Shown here one piece after another: positions 49,301-60,392 of a DNA stretch of 64,000 bases (positions within the stretch are counted from its first letter, which is position 1; each line of letters opens with the position of its first letter). A program made the position numbers and the translations under genes. Under the pieces are notes generated by a model. It had not been told where the DNA came from. It was given only the letters and a program-made list of their open reading frames with translations, and made no database searches. This DNA comes from Podarcis cretensis (Eukaryota): positions 40,486,001 to 40,550,000 of the forward strand of contig OX638156.1 in assembly GCA_951804945.1 (NCBI GenBank), written 5' to 3'.

Positions 49301-52300
49301 GGATTTCCTTATTGGTAGAATACCTAGTTGACTCTTCTTATCTCTCTTCAATCTGTGGCCAATTCTGTAGCAACAAATGTGGCCCACAGAAAGAAGTGGT
49401 TGCCCAATTGGGAGTTCATTTGGGTGGTTCCCGCTCCTGCCTTGCCAGTGTTTCTTTCCAAGGTTCCAAGTTCTTCAAATACCATCTTGGTGGAGACTAA
49501 AGGCAGTGTGAGAACATCAGATGAAGCCTGAAGTTGCAACTGGATCAGGCCAAAGGTCTTGCATCTTGCATCTAGTCTTGCATCTTGTTCTACACTGGCC
49601 AAACAGTTCTCATAATGGGAACCCTGTTGCTGGTGCCAAATCTGCCCAGTAACACAGATAAGAGAGTAACAAGATGCACCTGGTGAATGAGTTGTCTCTG
49701 CTGACTCATGAAGAATTATTAACCCATTAACTGCATTCCTTAACAAACCCAGCATGCGGGACCAGAGTGCAGCAGCAACACTCTCCCCACCTGTGACTCC
49801 CAGCAACTGGCATTCCCAGACATACTGCCTCCAATAGTGCAGGGACAACATAGCCATAATGGCTAGTAGCCCTCTCCTCCATGAATTTTTCTAAAGCTGT
49901 CCAAGTCTGTGGCCATCACTGGCTCTTGTGGGAGCAAATGCCATGCTAGTTCTGCTTCAGCAGAACTTGTTCTTCTATATGTTTGGCAATTCTATCTTTA
50001 ACTATGCTTTCCACCAGCTTTCCTGGAACAGATGTTACGCTAATGAGCCTGTAATGTCTCAAATCCTTTCAAGATGCCCTTTTAAAAACTGGTATTATAT
50101 TGGCCCCTTTCCAGTGCTCAGATATGGAGGCTGATCTTCAGGGTGAGTTGCGTACTTTTGGTAGAAGATCAGCACTTTCACATTTGAGTTCTTTGCGAAC
50201 TCTTAAGAACTTGTTGAGCCTTGTCCGTTCAAAAGACAAAGAGTGGAAGTCCAAGCAACCTCATTCTTTTGTGACTTCAAATCTTCCAGTTTGCCAAAGG
50301 ATCCCAGGTAGCAGTCCAGTCCAGATCTCTAGTAGACGCACCCATAGGGTGCTTCCTTTAGGTTCAGAGCAGGTAAGAATCCATAAAAGTTCATCACCCA
50401 CCCAGATCGCACAGGTATGGCAGGTTGCTGAAGGATGCTCAGAGTGCAACATCTTGGAGATGGCCAAGGTCCTCAGGACTGGGTTTATGACATCTATGGG
50501 AGAATTGCATGCCCTCCCAAGTCATCCCTAATCCTCTTAGCCTCTGTTGGGCAGAGGGGCCACTGAACCAACCCTTGCCTGCTGTCGAAGAGACCCTCTC
50601 ACCTACTAATCAAGGCCCCACTGAGAAGGGAAGATTAAAAAATCGCAGGGAAGATTACAGATTTCATCAGCACCATGGAAATGTGAATTTTGCATGCAGG
50701 AAGCATCTATGCAGACAGCCCTTTACTTGCCTTGATTGACTCACGTTCCAGAATGCTTAAAATGTGTTTGGCAAGGTTAGGGCATGAGGGAAAGGAAGGT
50801 TTTGTTAGGCTTATCACGTTGTGCCTATGTACATGCCATATATTTAAAGCACATTGCTTCCCCCTAAGAGTGCCAGGGACAAGTTTGTTAAGGGTGCTGG
50901 GAACTGTAGCTTTGTGAGGGGTAAATTACAATTTCCAGGTTTCGGGTGGGGGGAATAGTGTGCTTTAAATGTATGGAGTGGATATAGCCTATGTATTTCC
51001 CCCCTCCCCCTGTCCCCCTGGGAGCTCACTCACATGTGCATTTCTCCCAAAGCAACTGTGTAAGAGAATTGAGTCACACAGCAAGCTTCATCCCTGAGCA
51101 GGGGCTTATCCTGGTCTCTCTTCCCTGTCTAATGCTCAGCCCACCACCCTGCACTGATTTCCCATCTGGTGCATGGATGATGAGCAGGAAGGGCAAAGGG
51201 ACAGATCATGACAGGCGGTGGAAAGGGATAATAGGGTAAACGCCAACCATAGCCTGCCTGGTTGTTTGCTTATAGTTCACCATCTGACCAGACGCTCCCT
51301 ACTTCTTCATGAGAGGGTTCCAGGTTACCTGAAGTTGTGGCTGGTTCTACCTTTGCACAGTGCCCTGGTGCTGCTATCTCGGAGGCCCGCTTCTTGGAAG
51401 CTTTTGGTCCAGCCTGTAATGCCCTGGCTAGGAAGCACGATGAGCTCATGCTGCTTGTCCCACTGTTGGCTTGCGCTGAGCACAGCTGGGAGCAAATGCG
51501 CAGGGCCTCGAGTGTGCTATTGATCCTCTGTCTGTGCGGGAGACGGGTGGGGGGAGGAGCTGGCTAGGCGGCTGCAGAGCTGTGCTTTAGATCAAGTGGA
51601 TGGCTTTCTCTTCCCTCCCCTGTAGATTATCTAAAAATAGCCTTGCAGTTGTGGCATTCATCCTAAAGGCTGCCGTGGCCCCTTTAACTCCATTCCAGTC
51701 CAAGCCTTTTATGTCACATAATAATTTGGAAAGAAGATGTCCAAGAAGCTGTGTCTCCCAGCTTTCTTACTACTTAAAACATCCATATCTGTGCAGCCCT
51801 TTTAAGGACATGGCTTTGATTTTTGTGCCCAGGACCATAATATCTGCAGCTGATTGCCAGTAGAAGTGTCTACTGGCTAGAGACTAGGAGCACAAAGAGG
51901 TTTGCCGAATTTTATGAGATGCGAACCCCCCCCCCCCCAGCATCTCATGGCCAGAAACAAGTAGGTGCAGCTCCATCATAACCGTTAAGGCAGATGGCCA
52001 GGTTTGCGGGACTGATCCTGCGCGGCACTTCTTAAGTTCTTTCTTCTGAGAGAAGAGAAGAATTTGGTGATGTGGGGGAAAGTCCAGCAGCTTTTGACAA
52101 ACATGCTTGTGCCAGAGTTTTTTTTCCTTTGGGGGGAGGATTATTCCAGCCTGAGGCCGCAGCAAATTCTGTACATTCAACAAGGCGTTTCTCCAGTTGC
52201 ACAGTGGGCTTCAGGGCCAAGAAGATGATGTGGCAAGCTGCCCGGACTCTTTCTGGGCAAAGAGAGAGCTGGGGGAGGATGGCAAAGATAGGAGGATCAG

Positions 52301-55300
52301 AAGCTGGACTGTTCTTCCAAGTAGACTCCTAGGCATGCTGTGCTAAATGGCACCTTTGCAAGCCCCCATCTCGCCCTCCCTGCTGGTTTCCATTATATGT
52401 TTGCCTGCTCAAATGGCAAACCACCAGATTGGCTCCCCAGGGTGGAAGAGAGGGCCAGTGCCATTTCATCCTCACACTTTCCTCAGAATCTGCTTATGCA
52501 AATGCTGCTGTTTGCTTTTCCTGGCGGGGTGTATTTGCTCTGCTTGCTGAGCAGATCTGCTCCCTGCTTTGCTTCCCCCTTATTTCCCCTTTGAGAAAGC
52601 TGCAGCGAGGTGTGCTGAGTTGTCTTCATGCTTGAGGAAAGTCTTTGTACTTTTTTCAAGCTGCCCTTTCTTTTATTTGGTAATATTTCTGTGACTTCAT
52701 TGGTACATGCCCTCGCTTTCACAGGGCTTCGCAAAGATGATAAGTGCTTTCTTGGTCTGGAAGTATCCTGTTTGTAGCCCAATATGAACATGTGGATCCT
52801 CAAATATTTCCTTGTACCCCACCTTTCCACCGCCCAGTGGGTTCTTCTGGGGGAGTGCAACCTTGTCAGAAACAGGCTGAACATCTAAACCTCAAGTGAG
52901 GGATAAATTTGTAAGAGTAAGTGGATTGTGCCCCACTCCCCCAGACAGAAACAACAATTTTAAAGGGGGCCGGGAGCCAGGATAATAACTATTAGCTTCT
53001 CCGGACTCGTGACTTCTGTTTTAATGAGGAGAAGGCCTGGCTTGTGATCTTGAAATACTTGGGCAGGCTCTCAGAACCAGCAGATCAGCTGCCTTGTCTT
53101 GTGAGGGCCCAGCCAGAGGGGAAGCAGAAAGCTCTGCTGTGAGTAAATGACTTGCTCTGGTGTGCTAGCTAATCCCCTTGCCAAAATGCTGGCTCTGAAT
53201 CTGTAGCTCTGTCAGACACAAAACCACCCACAGAGGTGGGTTGCCCCCTCTGTCTTCGAATTGCTTGGCTAGCACTTCATGGGCTGGACCTCTGAGATCC
53301 TAGTAGTGGGCTGGAATTAACGCCCCCCCCACCCCCCAACCAGCGATTCTTCACCTCAGACTGCTTGATCGAGAAGCAAGTTGCTTTCCCCTCCCCTTGT
53401 GATGGGCTTGGAGGGGGGGAGGTGAAGCAAAGGATTTTGATCTTTACAGTGTCAAATGCCTTGACTTATGCTCCTCCCAGTGTATCCCAGCCCATGAAAG
53501 AAGTCAGCGGTGTTCTCTGGGAAGAGAGGTCAGGGAGGCAGCAGATGTCACAAAGCCAGCCACTTGTGCTAATCTGAGCTGGCTTGCGAAATAGGCTTTG
53601 GGGATTAGGCACTCAGAGCAGGGCCTGAGTCAGGGACCCACAGAGCAAGAGGACAGGAGGATGCTGTGCTTAGAGCCAGACATGGCCTTCCTGGAGTCTT
53701 GCTTGGGCATCACCCATTTCCAGCCTGGCATTCAGATTTCATTTCTGGAGGGAAGTTCCTAGCGTCTGGTTGTGGTGAAGTCTCGCGTACCACATGGGTT
53801 GACCTTCAAACCCTCTTAATCAGCAGTTTTTCCCATGCGGAGAAATGTGTGCATTAACCCTTCCCTGGCCTGGGGCTGATGGGCGCTATAGTCCAAAAAC
53901 ATCTGGAGGGCAGCAGGCTGGGGAAAAGCTGGTTTGCCCCATCAGGTGTTGACATTTTGTAGGCGACTGTTTTGCCTTGTGTTCTGGCCTGGGATTCACC
54001 CAATAAACCTAAGATGTTTCTAAATGTGTGTACATTCCACCCACCCACTTTTTCACTGTGCACCTCTCTTGCTATAAAACCCTGCAGAGGTACGAAGCAT
54101 CCCTGTGAAGATCCCAGGTCTTGTGCCCAATATGCAGAACTGACTGCCTTAGGCAGGGCAGCCATCCCTTTGGGTCCAAATTGGCTTTCTTGATTGCAGC
54201 CATGCCTCCCCTTTGTGCTTCACCACCACGACCGCCCTCCCCGTGACCTCCACACTTTCCCCTTCTGCCTTGTTTCAGTCAAACAAGAGCTTACTCCGGA
54301 GAGGGGTCTTTCTCCTGCCATGCGCCTCTGGAAATGGGCAGGGCAGTCAAGGGTGTGTGGCGAGGGACAGGCACACACCCAGGTGCCTTGTAGTTGGGGA
54401 GGGAAGGAATGAAGACTGGCTTGTGTCTCCATGAGCCTTGGGAAGGGGGAGCCTACATCTTAACAACATCTGTTTCAGTGATGAATTGAGAGGCAAATGT
54501 CTTGGGGCGGTTCTGTTTTTGTTCTTTGAGCTGCTCTATTTTTATCTTCCCATGTGATGTTCCTTTACATCATATTTACCAAGTTGAAATACAAAACATC
54601 CTGTAGTAGTATTAACCGGCTGGAAAGTCTCTCCTGCACATCAGGGTTCACTTAAGATAATCTGCCTGCCTTCCCTGGTGGCGGCGGCGGCAACAGCAGC
54701 AGCAGCAGCAGCAACAATCCTAGTGCATGTTTGGGGATGGAGAAGGGGGTGTGGGGATCTGCTCTTGCACCCGCTCATAGGAGCTTGATGGTCAAAAGGC
54801 AGCTTCTGCCTCCTGAGTGGTTCCTACTTTTAGAAGCATAGGATTGGTGGAGCTGCAGCTCTCTGAAGCCCTTTCACAGCCCCATCTGCCTGGCGGACAG
54901 CTGGGGGAGGGGGATGAGGGCTGGAAGATCATTGGTCTCAAGGCACTCCAGGAACTTTCCAGTGGCCCCCCTCCAACCCCCCTCCGTTCCTGCAGAAGAG
55001 CCAAGAGACAGAAAAATAGTTGCTCTGTGAATGACACAGAATTTCTTCCATCTTGCTCTGCCCCAGAGTCACAAGCAAGAGATACTGAGCAAAATGCTTT
55101 AGACTAGAGGAAGGGGTTTGTAGAGGCTCTCAGAGCAGTTTTCTGTTTCAGGGGGGAACTTGGAAAAGAGCTTGAATAGCAAAGGGCAAGCAAGCAAATT
55201 TGGGGCTAATGTACATCCAAAATGCTCTGTTGGCCTTTACAGACAGTTATGACACCTACCGTAGTTTGGGGACTGAAGCTGCCATGGTTGGGCTGGCAGA

Positions 55301-57570
55301 CTCCTGTTGTGGTGACGGAAGAGGAAAAAAGGTAGCGGGAGGGAGTCGTGCTGAATCTCCTGGGCCCCTCATTAGCATTTAGAACTTTTGGCCTCCTCAG
55401 AACCTTTCTCTGTTGACAGTGGAGGGCACAGTGTTGAGCTAGGGCTGCTTCTGTTTTACAAAAAGCTACCATAATGCAGTGCCGAGAGACAATTGTGCTG
55501 CCACAAGAGGGATGACTCTGCAGGCCAGTGCCAAATTGCAGTCTTCTGTGGTGTTGACCATCTGTATGGAACTGCGGGAGAGGAGAGCAAGTTAAGAATG
55601 TCTAGCCCTCCTGTTGCCTTTACGCAAGGAATAAAGCTGGGCTTGTAGGGAATTTTCGTGGGCAAAAGCATATCATATAGTTAAACGGTGTAGAGCTGGT
55701 CTAAAGAAAGAAAATTGCCTGCAGGAGACTTCCCCAACCAGCTTGTTTTGGAATACTGCTCCCACCAGTGCTAGTCCAAAACAACTGGTGTTTCTGACTG
55801 ATGGTGAGCTACCTGAGTAGGCCCATGCGTATCACACAGTTTCCTTGAACTGCTTATCCTTTTAGGGAATCTTTGCAGAATCCTCCCATACACCCAGCGT
55901 TTGCAGATGCCAGAGAGGTAAAACTTGCTTCAGGACAGTTTCTGCAGAAGTAATGAACACAGGCTAAGCCTGCAAACTGCTGGGTTGCTGGGCAGAACTC
56001 GCCATTATCTTCACCTCTGAGGAAGTAGAGGGAGAGAAGAGAAACCTTAAGGGAAAGGGAAGCTCAGGCACTTGTTTAATACCAGGTGAGGATGTGTGTG
56101 ATAGAGAAGTTGAATTTAGGCACATGTAGCATTTTCCCGCTTGATCAAGCTGTATGGCTGACCAGGTGGTGGAGTTGAGGAGAAATTCAAGCTGTCTTCT
56201 TTCTGAGCTTCCTGCTAGAGTGCAGTCTGCTGTGGCAGGCCACGGGAACATGATGATGACTGGCGAAGGCATGTGATGCTCACCTTGGCAGTGAGAGTTA
56301 ACACCATCCTAGTTGCTTTCCAGGAAACCTCTGCAGCTTCTCCCTGAGCAATTCCCCTGAGACAACCCTACTCAGTTGCAACTCACCCTTGTGCTCAGTG
56401 TGGGCAGCTGAGGTGTCCCAACGCAACACTTGTGGGCTTAGCCTTCTCTGTATGTGTACTAACAGCCAGTCTGGTGTGTTGCGTATCTGTGAAGCCTCTG
56501 ATATGTGAGTATCAGCATGAATGAATCGGTTCAACTGTGTTTTCCTAACACCTCCTCCTGCCTTTCTAGTATTTCTGCTCCTATAAATAGTAAGGCGGGT
56601 TTAATTGTATCTACTTGCTATGCCATCGTGGGCGAGCCACCCATCGGTGGCAGAAGCTGGAACAGGGGAAGTTAAAGGGATCTGGGAGGCGTGGGTGGGA
56701 CTCTTGGAAGCCTCTCTGCTGCCTGACTGTTTCTATGTTGTAACCATGCAGATTAATTGAAAACTGGCTGGGCAGAGATTAGGAGCTGTGAGATGGTGGG
56801 CGCAGGAATACAAAGCTGAGGTCTTGTTATGGATGTACCTTCATAGCAGGAAGTGGGTCTCCTCTCTGCATGCCTCACACTGACCACCGCTTGTACAGTG
56901 TATCCAAATTTAACAAATTTTGCTGCTGAACCAGCAGCAGATTGAAATAGTGAAGCTGCAGCCTGTTTCCTGCTTGTGTTGTGCATTGTGCAGCAATATT
57001 TGCCAACTCCTGACCCCAAATGAGACGTCTGTGATTTTACAAGCTGCCTGGCGGGCAGGGAGAGAGGCAGTCAGAGTGGCTTTTCTGGTCCATTCTGCAG
57101 TGGGGCACATCTTCTTTCCTTGTCGTTCATGAGTGTGGAGCCCAGGAGTGCTGACTGAAGAGCCATGCATTGACTTCCCCATCAACAGCCGATCCCTGGA
57201 ACTGTCTGAACTGCAACTTTTTTTCCTCTTGAAAAGGCATGATCAGCATCTGACTTGTATAAGGGGGAAAAGAGACCTATGTTAGGGTGCAATCCTTGAA
57301 GCTTTTCCTGTGACCTGGACATTCTGCCCGATTACATCAGGTCTGACCCTTGCAGATAACTTCCTTTGAAGAAGGCCCTGTTCAGCCTTGAGTATCAGTT
57401 CCCACCCACCCCTTGTCTTTCTGTTGTTTTCCATATATTTCGACAGGATAGTAAGCCTTTGCAAGAGTCAAGAAACAAGTGGCTTGGGCACGTAAGTGCC
57501 TCCAGACTCTCCAAAACCTTACAAAAACAAAGGAACTGGGTGCTCGTGAAGAAGGGAGGGAGGGAGGGAG

Positions 57571-57622
<52 letters not shown>

Positions 57623-58856
57623 AGGAAGTACATGTTTTGTTTCCTACATCCAAAGAGTTATACCCTAAGTTTGAGGAGAGGCTTTGAGAATGATATTTGC
57701 CTGCTCATTCTGCACCTTTTTAACATTATGCTGTTTGATTGAAGGTTTAAACAAGTATTAAGGTTGATCTTTATTGCCAGTGCCTACCTCAATGACCACC
57801 ACCCTTTTTAGCAAGAGGACATACCTTTCCCCTTCAAAAGAAGTTTGGCTTCGGGGTTGTCTTTTGCCTTGGTTCTCCATGGCCTAGTGACCGACTTGAA
57901 TCACAGTTTATCTATGCTGGCTGGAGCTGATGGAAGTTGTAGTCTGAAACATCTGGAGGGCATCAAGTTGGCAAAGGCTGTTTCTTGGACATATTGAGAG
58001 TCCTGTTGTGCAAGGTAGTCTTGTGGGTTCATAGAGCATCTCTCCTGAGATGCTTCATTTCCATAGGATGTTTCGATTTCCATTTTTCCATAACCTAGCC
58101 TGCTCTATATCTGTTCTTAGCTGGGTTACTTTAACTGCTCTTTGGAATGACTGCCTAATAATCAAGTTTTCACCTTTATCTGTCAGCTTCCAGCTTTGGT
58201 TTTCTATTGCTGTGCCAAGTTTGTGCCAATGTCTACATATAGGAAATGCATTTTTATGCCTTTTCTGTTCAGAGGCATCTCCACACCTTTCCTCTCCCTG
58301 TGACTCAGAGGAGGACCAGAGTTCCTGATCTCTTTTATGACTGTAAAACAAAGGGCAGGCTAAAACAAATGGTAGTGTGCCTTCACTATGTATTGCAGGG
58401 GAAGGTCCACAGTAGCTCAGTGGAAGAGCATCTACCTTGCATGCAGGAGGTCCCAGGTTCAATCCCCCATGGCATCTCCATGTAGGGTTGGGAGATCCAT
58501 GCTTGAAAGTCTGGAGAACTGCTGCCAGTCATTGTGGACAACAGGAGCTGCTTGGTATAAGGCAACTTCATGTAGCTGGAGAGAGTAAAGCTGCCACTTC
58601 AAATCAGAGCTAGGATTGCCTGCTGTGATCACGGGTGACAAGTCGAGCTTAGAAACCCACCTGTACTTCTACAGGTGCTTCTTCCTTAAACAGAGTTAAC
58701 TTCCTCTCTCCTCCTCCTTCCAGGTACCAAAGGCATGGAGTGCTCTCCCTCGACGCCCACCATGAACTCCTACTTCTATAAGTTCATGATAAACTTGCTC
58801 AAGAGATTCAGCAGTGAGCGGAAGCTCCTGGAGTTGCGGGGAGCTTTCATCATCAG
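21606..58856 (+). CDS. VAC14: VAC14 (ArPIKfyve; HEAT-repeat scaffold of the PIKfyve-FIG4 complex), coding exons 1-14 spliced; 3' exons beyond window
   Basis: Starts [35 protein letters not shown]. 14 exons join in frame (1667 nt) to ...[14 protein letters not shown](R), closely matching vertebrate VAC14. Confidence 0.98.
22409..22559 (+). CDS. VAC14: VAC14 exon 2: LVREFVAQN...SIALGK
   Basis: ttttag| ... |gtaggt, 151 nt. Confidence 0.96.
23484..23651 (+). CDS. VAC14: VAC14 exon 3: DSGLYLKE...FDGLSK
   Basis: ttgcag| ... |gtaatg, 168 nt. Confidence 0.96.
24164..24226 (+). CDS. VAC14: VAC14 exon 4: [21 protein letters not shown]
   Basis: tcctag| ... |gtacag, 63 nt. Confidence 0.96.
26248..26355 (+). 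CDS. VAC14: VAC14 exon 5: DIVTESNN...RQFIISW
   Basis: ttctag| ... |gtaagt, 108 nt. Confidence 0.96.
27117..27460 (-). mobile_element. Sauria SINE (Squam1-type)
   Basis: (ACCTT)n-type tail (gtaaggtaaggtaaagg on +), body ggtcatgtggccagcatgactaa...tatttatctacttgcac...ctgctaggttggcag, tRNA-related head with B-box (ttcgaacc on +). Confidence 0.88.
27951..28060 (+). CDS. VAC14: VAC14 exon 6: ILVLESVPD...SKEIRK(M)
   Basis: agttag| ... |gtgagt, 110 nt. Confidence 0.96.
28550..28656 (+). CDS. VAC14: VAC14 exon 7: CEVALGEF...IHCQAS
   Basis: aagcag| ... |gtaagt, 107 nt. Confidence 0.95.
28915..29049 (+). CDS. VAC14: VAC14 exon 8: DDLIQLTAM...YDDRKK(S)
   Basis: ctgcag| ... |GTATCCTT (U12-type donor), 135 nt. 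Confidence 0.95.
29050..30045 (+). other. VAC14: U12-type (minor spliceosome) GT-AG intron, VAC14 intron 8
   Basis: 5' splice site GTATCCTT; branch-site TTCCTTAC at 30023-30030, about 15 nt before the AG; no polypyrimidine tract. Confidence 0.92.
29578..29860 (+). mobile_element. CR1 LINE 3' end, inside the U12 intron
   Basis: gtgatagccaccaacttggatggctttaaaagaag...gacaaattcatggag...agatgctggactggatgggcc. Confidence 0.75.
30046..30204 (+). CDS. VAC14: VAC14 exon 9: [10 protein letters not shown]...QEVTSG(G)
   Basis: gtgcag| ... |gtaagt, 159 nt. Confidence 0.93.
30933..30993 (+). CDS. VAC14: VAC14 exon 10: [19 protein letters not shown](S)
   Basis: ctgcag| ... |gtaaaa, 61 nt; bridges phase 1->2 between exons 9 and 11. 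Confidence 0.88.
32720..33016 (-). mobile_element. RTE-clade LINE 3' end with 9-bp TSD, inserted in a CR1 3'UTR remnant
   Basis: Minus-strand ORF ends with a C2H2-like [21 protein letters not shown]; (CAG)n tail; TSD CCCACAAGC at 32711-32719 and 33017-33025. Confidence 0.8.
33715..34134 (-). mobile_element. 5'-truncated L1 (ORF2 C-terminus + 3'UTR) with TSD of up to 17 bp
   Basis: AGCACAAGCTATTATTA at 33698-33714 and 34135-34151; minus strand reads [34 protein letters not shown], homologous to the L1 at 45.4-45.6 kb. Confidence 0.85.
34884..35028 (+). CDS. VAC14: VAC14 exon 11: TERIQVTLN...YIKTPRK
   Basis: cttcag| ... |GCAAGT (GC donor), 145 nt. Confidence 0.94.
35029..36615 (+). other. VAC14: GC-AG intron, VAC14 intron 11
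   Basis: AAG|GCAAGT; joining KTPRK to MFRHTDSLF requires this donor. Confidence 0.9.
35167..35830. mobile_element. Non-autonomous Tc1/mariner (Tigger-like) DNA transposon
   Basis: Terminal inverted repeats cattggtaccttggttctcaaac / gtttgaaaactgaggtaccactg, flanked by TA on both sides. Confidence 0.85.
36616..36681 (+). CDS. VAC14: VAC14 exon 12: [22 protein letters not shown]
   Basis: tttcag| ... |gtgagc, 66 nt. Confidence 0.96.
40590..41218 (+). mobile_element. Old L2 ORF2 C-terminal/3' fragment interrupted by a 46-bp L2-tail insertion
   Basis: Reads [12 protein letters not shown]...GLP...KLQLVQN|EVAKL...LRELHWL; insertion 40750-40795 flanked by CAGAAT repeats. Confidence 0.75.
44205..44505. 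mobile_element. Palindromic MITE (cacaccatacatttaaagcac...gtgcttcaaatgcgtggtgtg)
   Basis: Terminal inverted repeats; related shorter copy at about 50825-50990. Confidence 0.65.
45141..45645 (-). mobile_element. 5'-truncated L1 (ORF2 C-terminus, 3'UTR, poly(A))
   Basis: ORF 45421-45636 [15 protein letters not shown]...[10 protein letters not shown]; poly(T) from 45141 on +; 16-bp TSD CCATATTCAAATTCTC at 45125-45140 and 45692-45707. Confidence 0.9.
45648..45692 (+). pseudogene. U5 snRNA 5' fragment (nt 1-45), retrocopy fused to L1
   Basis: ATACTCTGGTTTCACCTCAGATCGTATAAATCTTTCGCCTTTTAC; 43/45 identical to the 5' end of human U5B as I recall it, ending in invariant loop I GCCUUUUAC. Confidence 0.9.
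46295..46323. repeat. (TG)n microsatellite
   Basis: Direct reading. Confidence 0.95.
46815..46975 (+). mobile_element. CR1 ORF2 fragment
   Basis: [31 protein letters not shown]...(frameshift) [11 protein letters not shown], matching the CR1 'RPHLEYCVQFWSP...DIVELEKVQ' motif. Confidence 0.75.
47046..47202 (+). CDS. VAC14: VAC14 exon 13: [19 protein letters not shown]...QVGSS(G)
   Basis: ttccag| ... |gtaagt, 157 nt. Confidence 0.95.
49535..49945 (-). mobile_element. CR1 3' end fragments
   Basis: cagcaactggcattcccagacatactgcctc...ggctagtagccctctcctccatgaattt; similar to 59300-59740. Confidence 0.65.
57573..57618. repeat. (GA)n microsatellite preceded by (GGGA)n
   Basis: Direct reading. Confidence 0.95.
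58404..58573 (+). mobile_element. tRNA-Ala-derived squamate SINE (Squam2-like)
   Basis: Head gtagctcagtggaagagcatctaccttgcatgcaggaggtcccaggttcaatccc...ggcatctcca with A and B boxes, then body ctggagaactgctgccagtc...gtataaggcaacttc. Confidence 0.75.
58724..58856 (+). CDS. VAC14: VAC14 exon 14: [20 protein letters not shown]...GAFII(R)
   Basis: ttccag| ... |gtgagg, 133 nt. Confidence 0.96.
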
Positions 58857-59064
58857 GTGAGGCCACATCCTGCCTTGAGTTGCCACCTCTGTGTTTCCAA
58901 ATGCCTTTCTGCTATCTGTGTGTTCCTGTGTACAGGTTTGGTGCCTGCCTCAAGTGCTGGGCTGGGTGGGGCTTAGTTCTCTTCCTGCAACCAGTGGTAC
59001 CTTCCTCTCAGGTCCCTCATGACCCTTCTGTTGGTGTGAGGTCAGGAGACAGGCTGTCTATGGG

Positions 59065-59297
59065 CTGTCGGTAGTGGCACCTGCCCTGTGGAACGCCCTC
59101 CCGTCAGATGTCAAGGAAATAAACAACTACCTGACTTTTAGAAGACATCTGAAGGCAGCCCTGTATAGGGAAGCTTTTAATGTTTGCTGTTTTACTGTGT
59201 TGGATGTTTTAATTTGTTGGAAACTGCCCAGAGTGGCTGGGGCAACCCAGTCAGAGGGGCAGCATATAAATAATAAATCATTATATTATTATTATTC
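59065..59297 (+). mobile_element. L2-type LINE 3' end with (TTA)n tail
   Basis: VAPALWNALPSDVKEINNYLTFRRHLKAALYREAF, same 3'UTR as 14653-14940. Confidence 0.85.
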
Positions 59298-59299
59298 CT

Positions 59300-59742
59300 T
59301 TGAACTTAACATTCTTTGATCAAGCCAATGGCCCATCTAATCCATCATCCTAATCTCACAGTGGTCATCCAGATGCCTGTGGGAAACCTGCAAAAAGGAT
59401 CCAAGCTCAAGATTAAGCTCCCCTTCTGCAGAGTCCAGCAGCTGGTATTCAGAAGCATTGCTGCCTCGCAACTGCAGAGGCAGAGGAGAGCCATCATGGC
59501 TACTAGCCATTGATAGCCCTCTCCTCCAAAAATTTGTCTAATTCTCTTTTAAAGCCATTCAAGTTGGTGGCCACCACTTCCTCCTGTGGGAACGAGTTCC
59601 ATAATTTAATTATGCGGTGCATGAAGAAGCACTTTATTTTGTCTGTCCTGAGTCTTTCAACGTTCAGCTAAGTTGGACGTCCATGAGTTCTAGTGTCTAG
59701 AAGAGCAGGAGAGAAACTTTTCTCTCTCCACTTTCTCCATGT
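59300..59742 (-). mobile_element. CR1 LINE 3' end
   Basis: Reverse complement of the CR1 piece at 29578-29860 (aatttgtctaattctcttttaaagccattcaagttggtggcca). Confidence 0.8.
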
Positions 59743-60392
59743 TTGTTCAGCTTTTCCTCACCAAAGTCAGGGGAGGGGAGAGCAGAGCCTCTGGCTCTTT
59801 GATAAACGGAGATACAATGGAGGCCAAGCAGCTGTGAGCTCTACTTCTGTGGTGGGCTGCAGGCTTGCCTGGGACAATGCTCTGCTCAGCTGGGGCAAAA
59901 CTAGGCTGGCCAGTCGCCCTCTTTCATCAGAGTGTCTCTCTCCCTCCCCCCCCCCCCCTGCACTCGGCTGCCGCCAGCTCATTTGCTTTATGGAAAGGAG
60001 CAGCTCATGAGAGGCCAACTGTTGTTCATGAATGCCTTTTAGTCCAAGTGAACTGCATGCAGCAGCCCATGTGAGGGGAGGCAGCAGCCACAGGTTTCAA
60101 GCCTTGGGTTTCCTGTGTGTCACAGAGCCAGGCCTGCTTTTGGCTACCCTAGATTTTGAGGATGCATTCCTGAATGAGAAACGAAAGGATTCTGTTCAGA
60201 CCGAGAGCCTACAGTCTTTGGCACCATTAGGATGTGCCTCTGTGTGTGTCAAGCAGAGAGAACACTTCTTAAATCTCTCCAATTGTGGGTCAGAGGATAC
60301 AAGGGCAGCTGTGCCGGCAGCCTCACTCTTGCCATGGGCTTGTGGGAAGCCAGATGATGGCAAAGGGGGAGCAGTGTGTCTACAAACCCACT

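Noticed and set aside
58404-58480. tRNA-Ala(TGC) gene
   Set aside because: The acceptor stem is broken, there are extra bases after the T-arm, and it continues into a SINE body. It is a SINE head.
58682-58693. U12-like branch sequence TTCCTTAAAC before VAC14 exon 14 (second minor intron?)
   Set aside because: The intron 13 donor is GTAAGT and the acceptor has a long pyrimidine tract, so this is an ordinary U2 intron.
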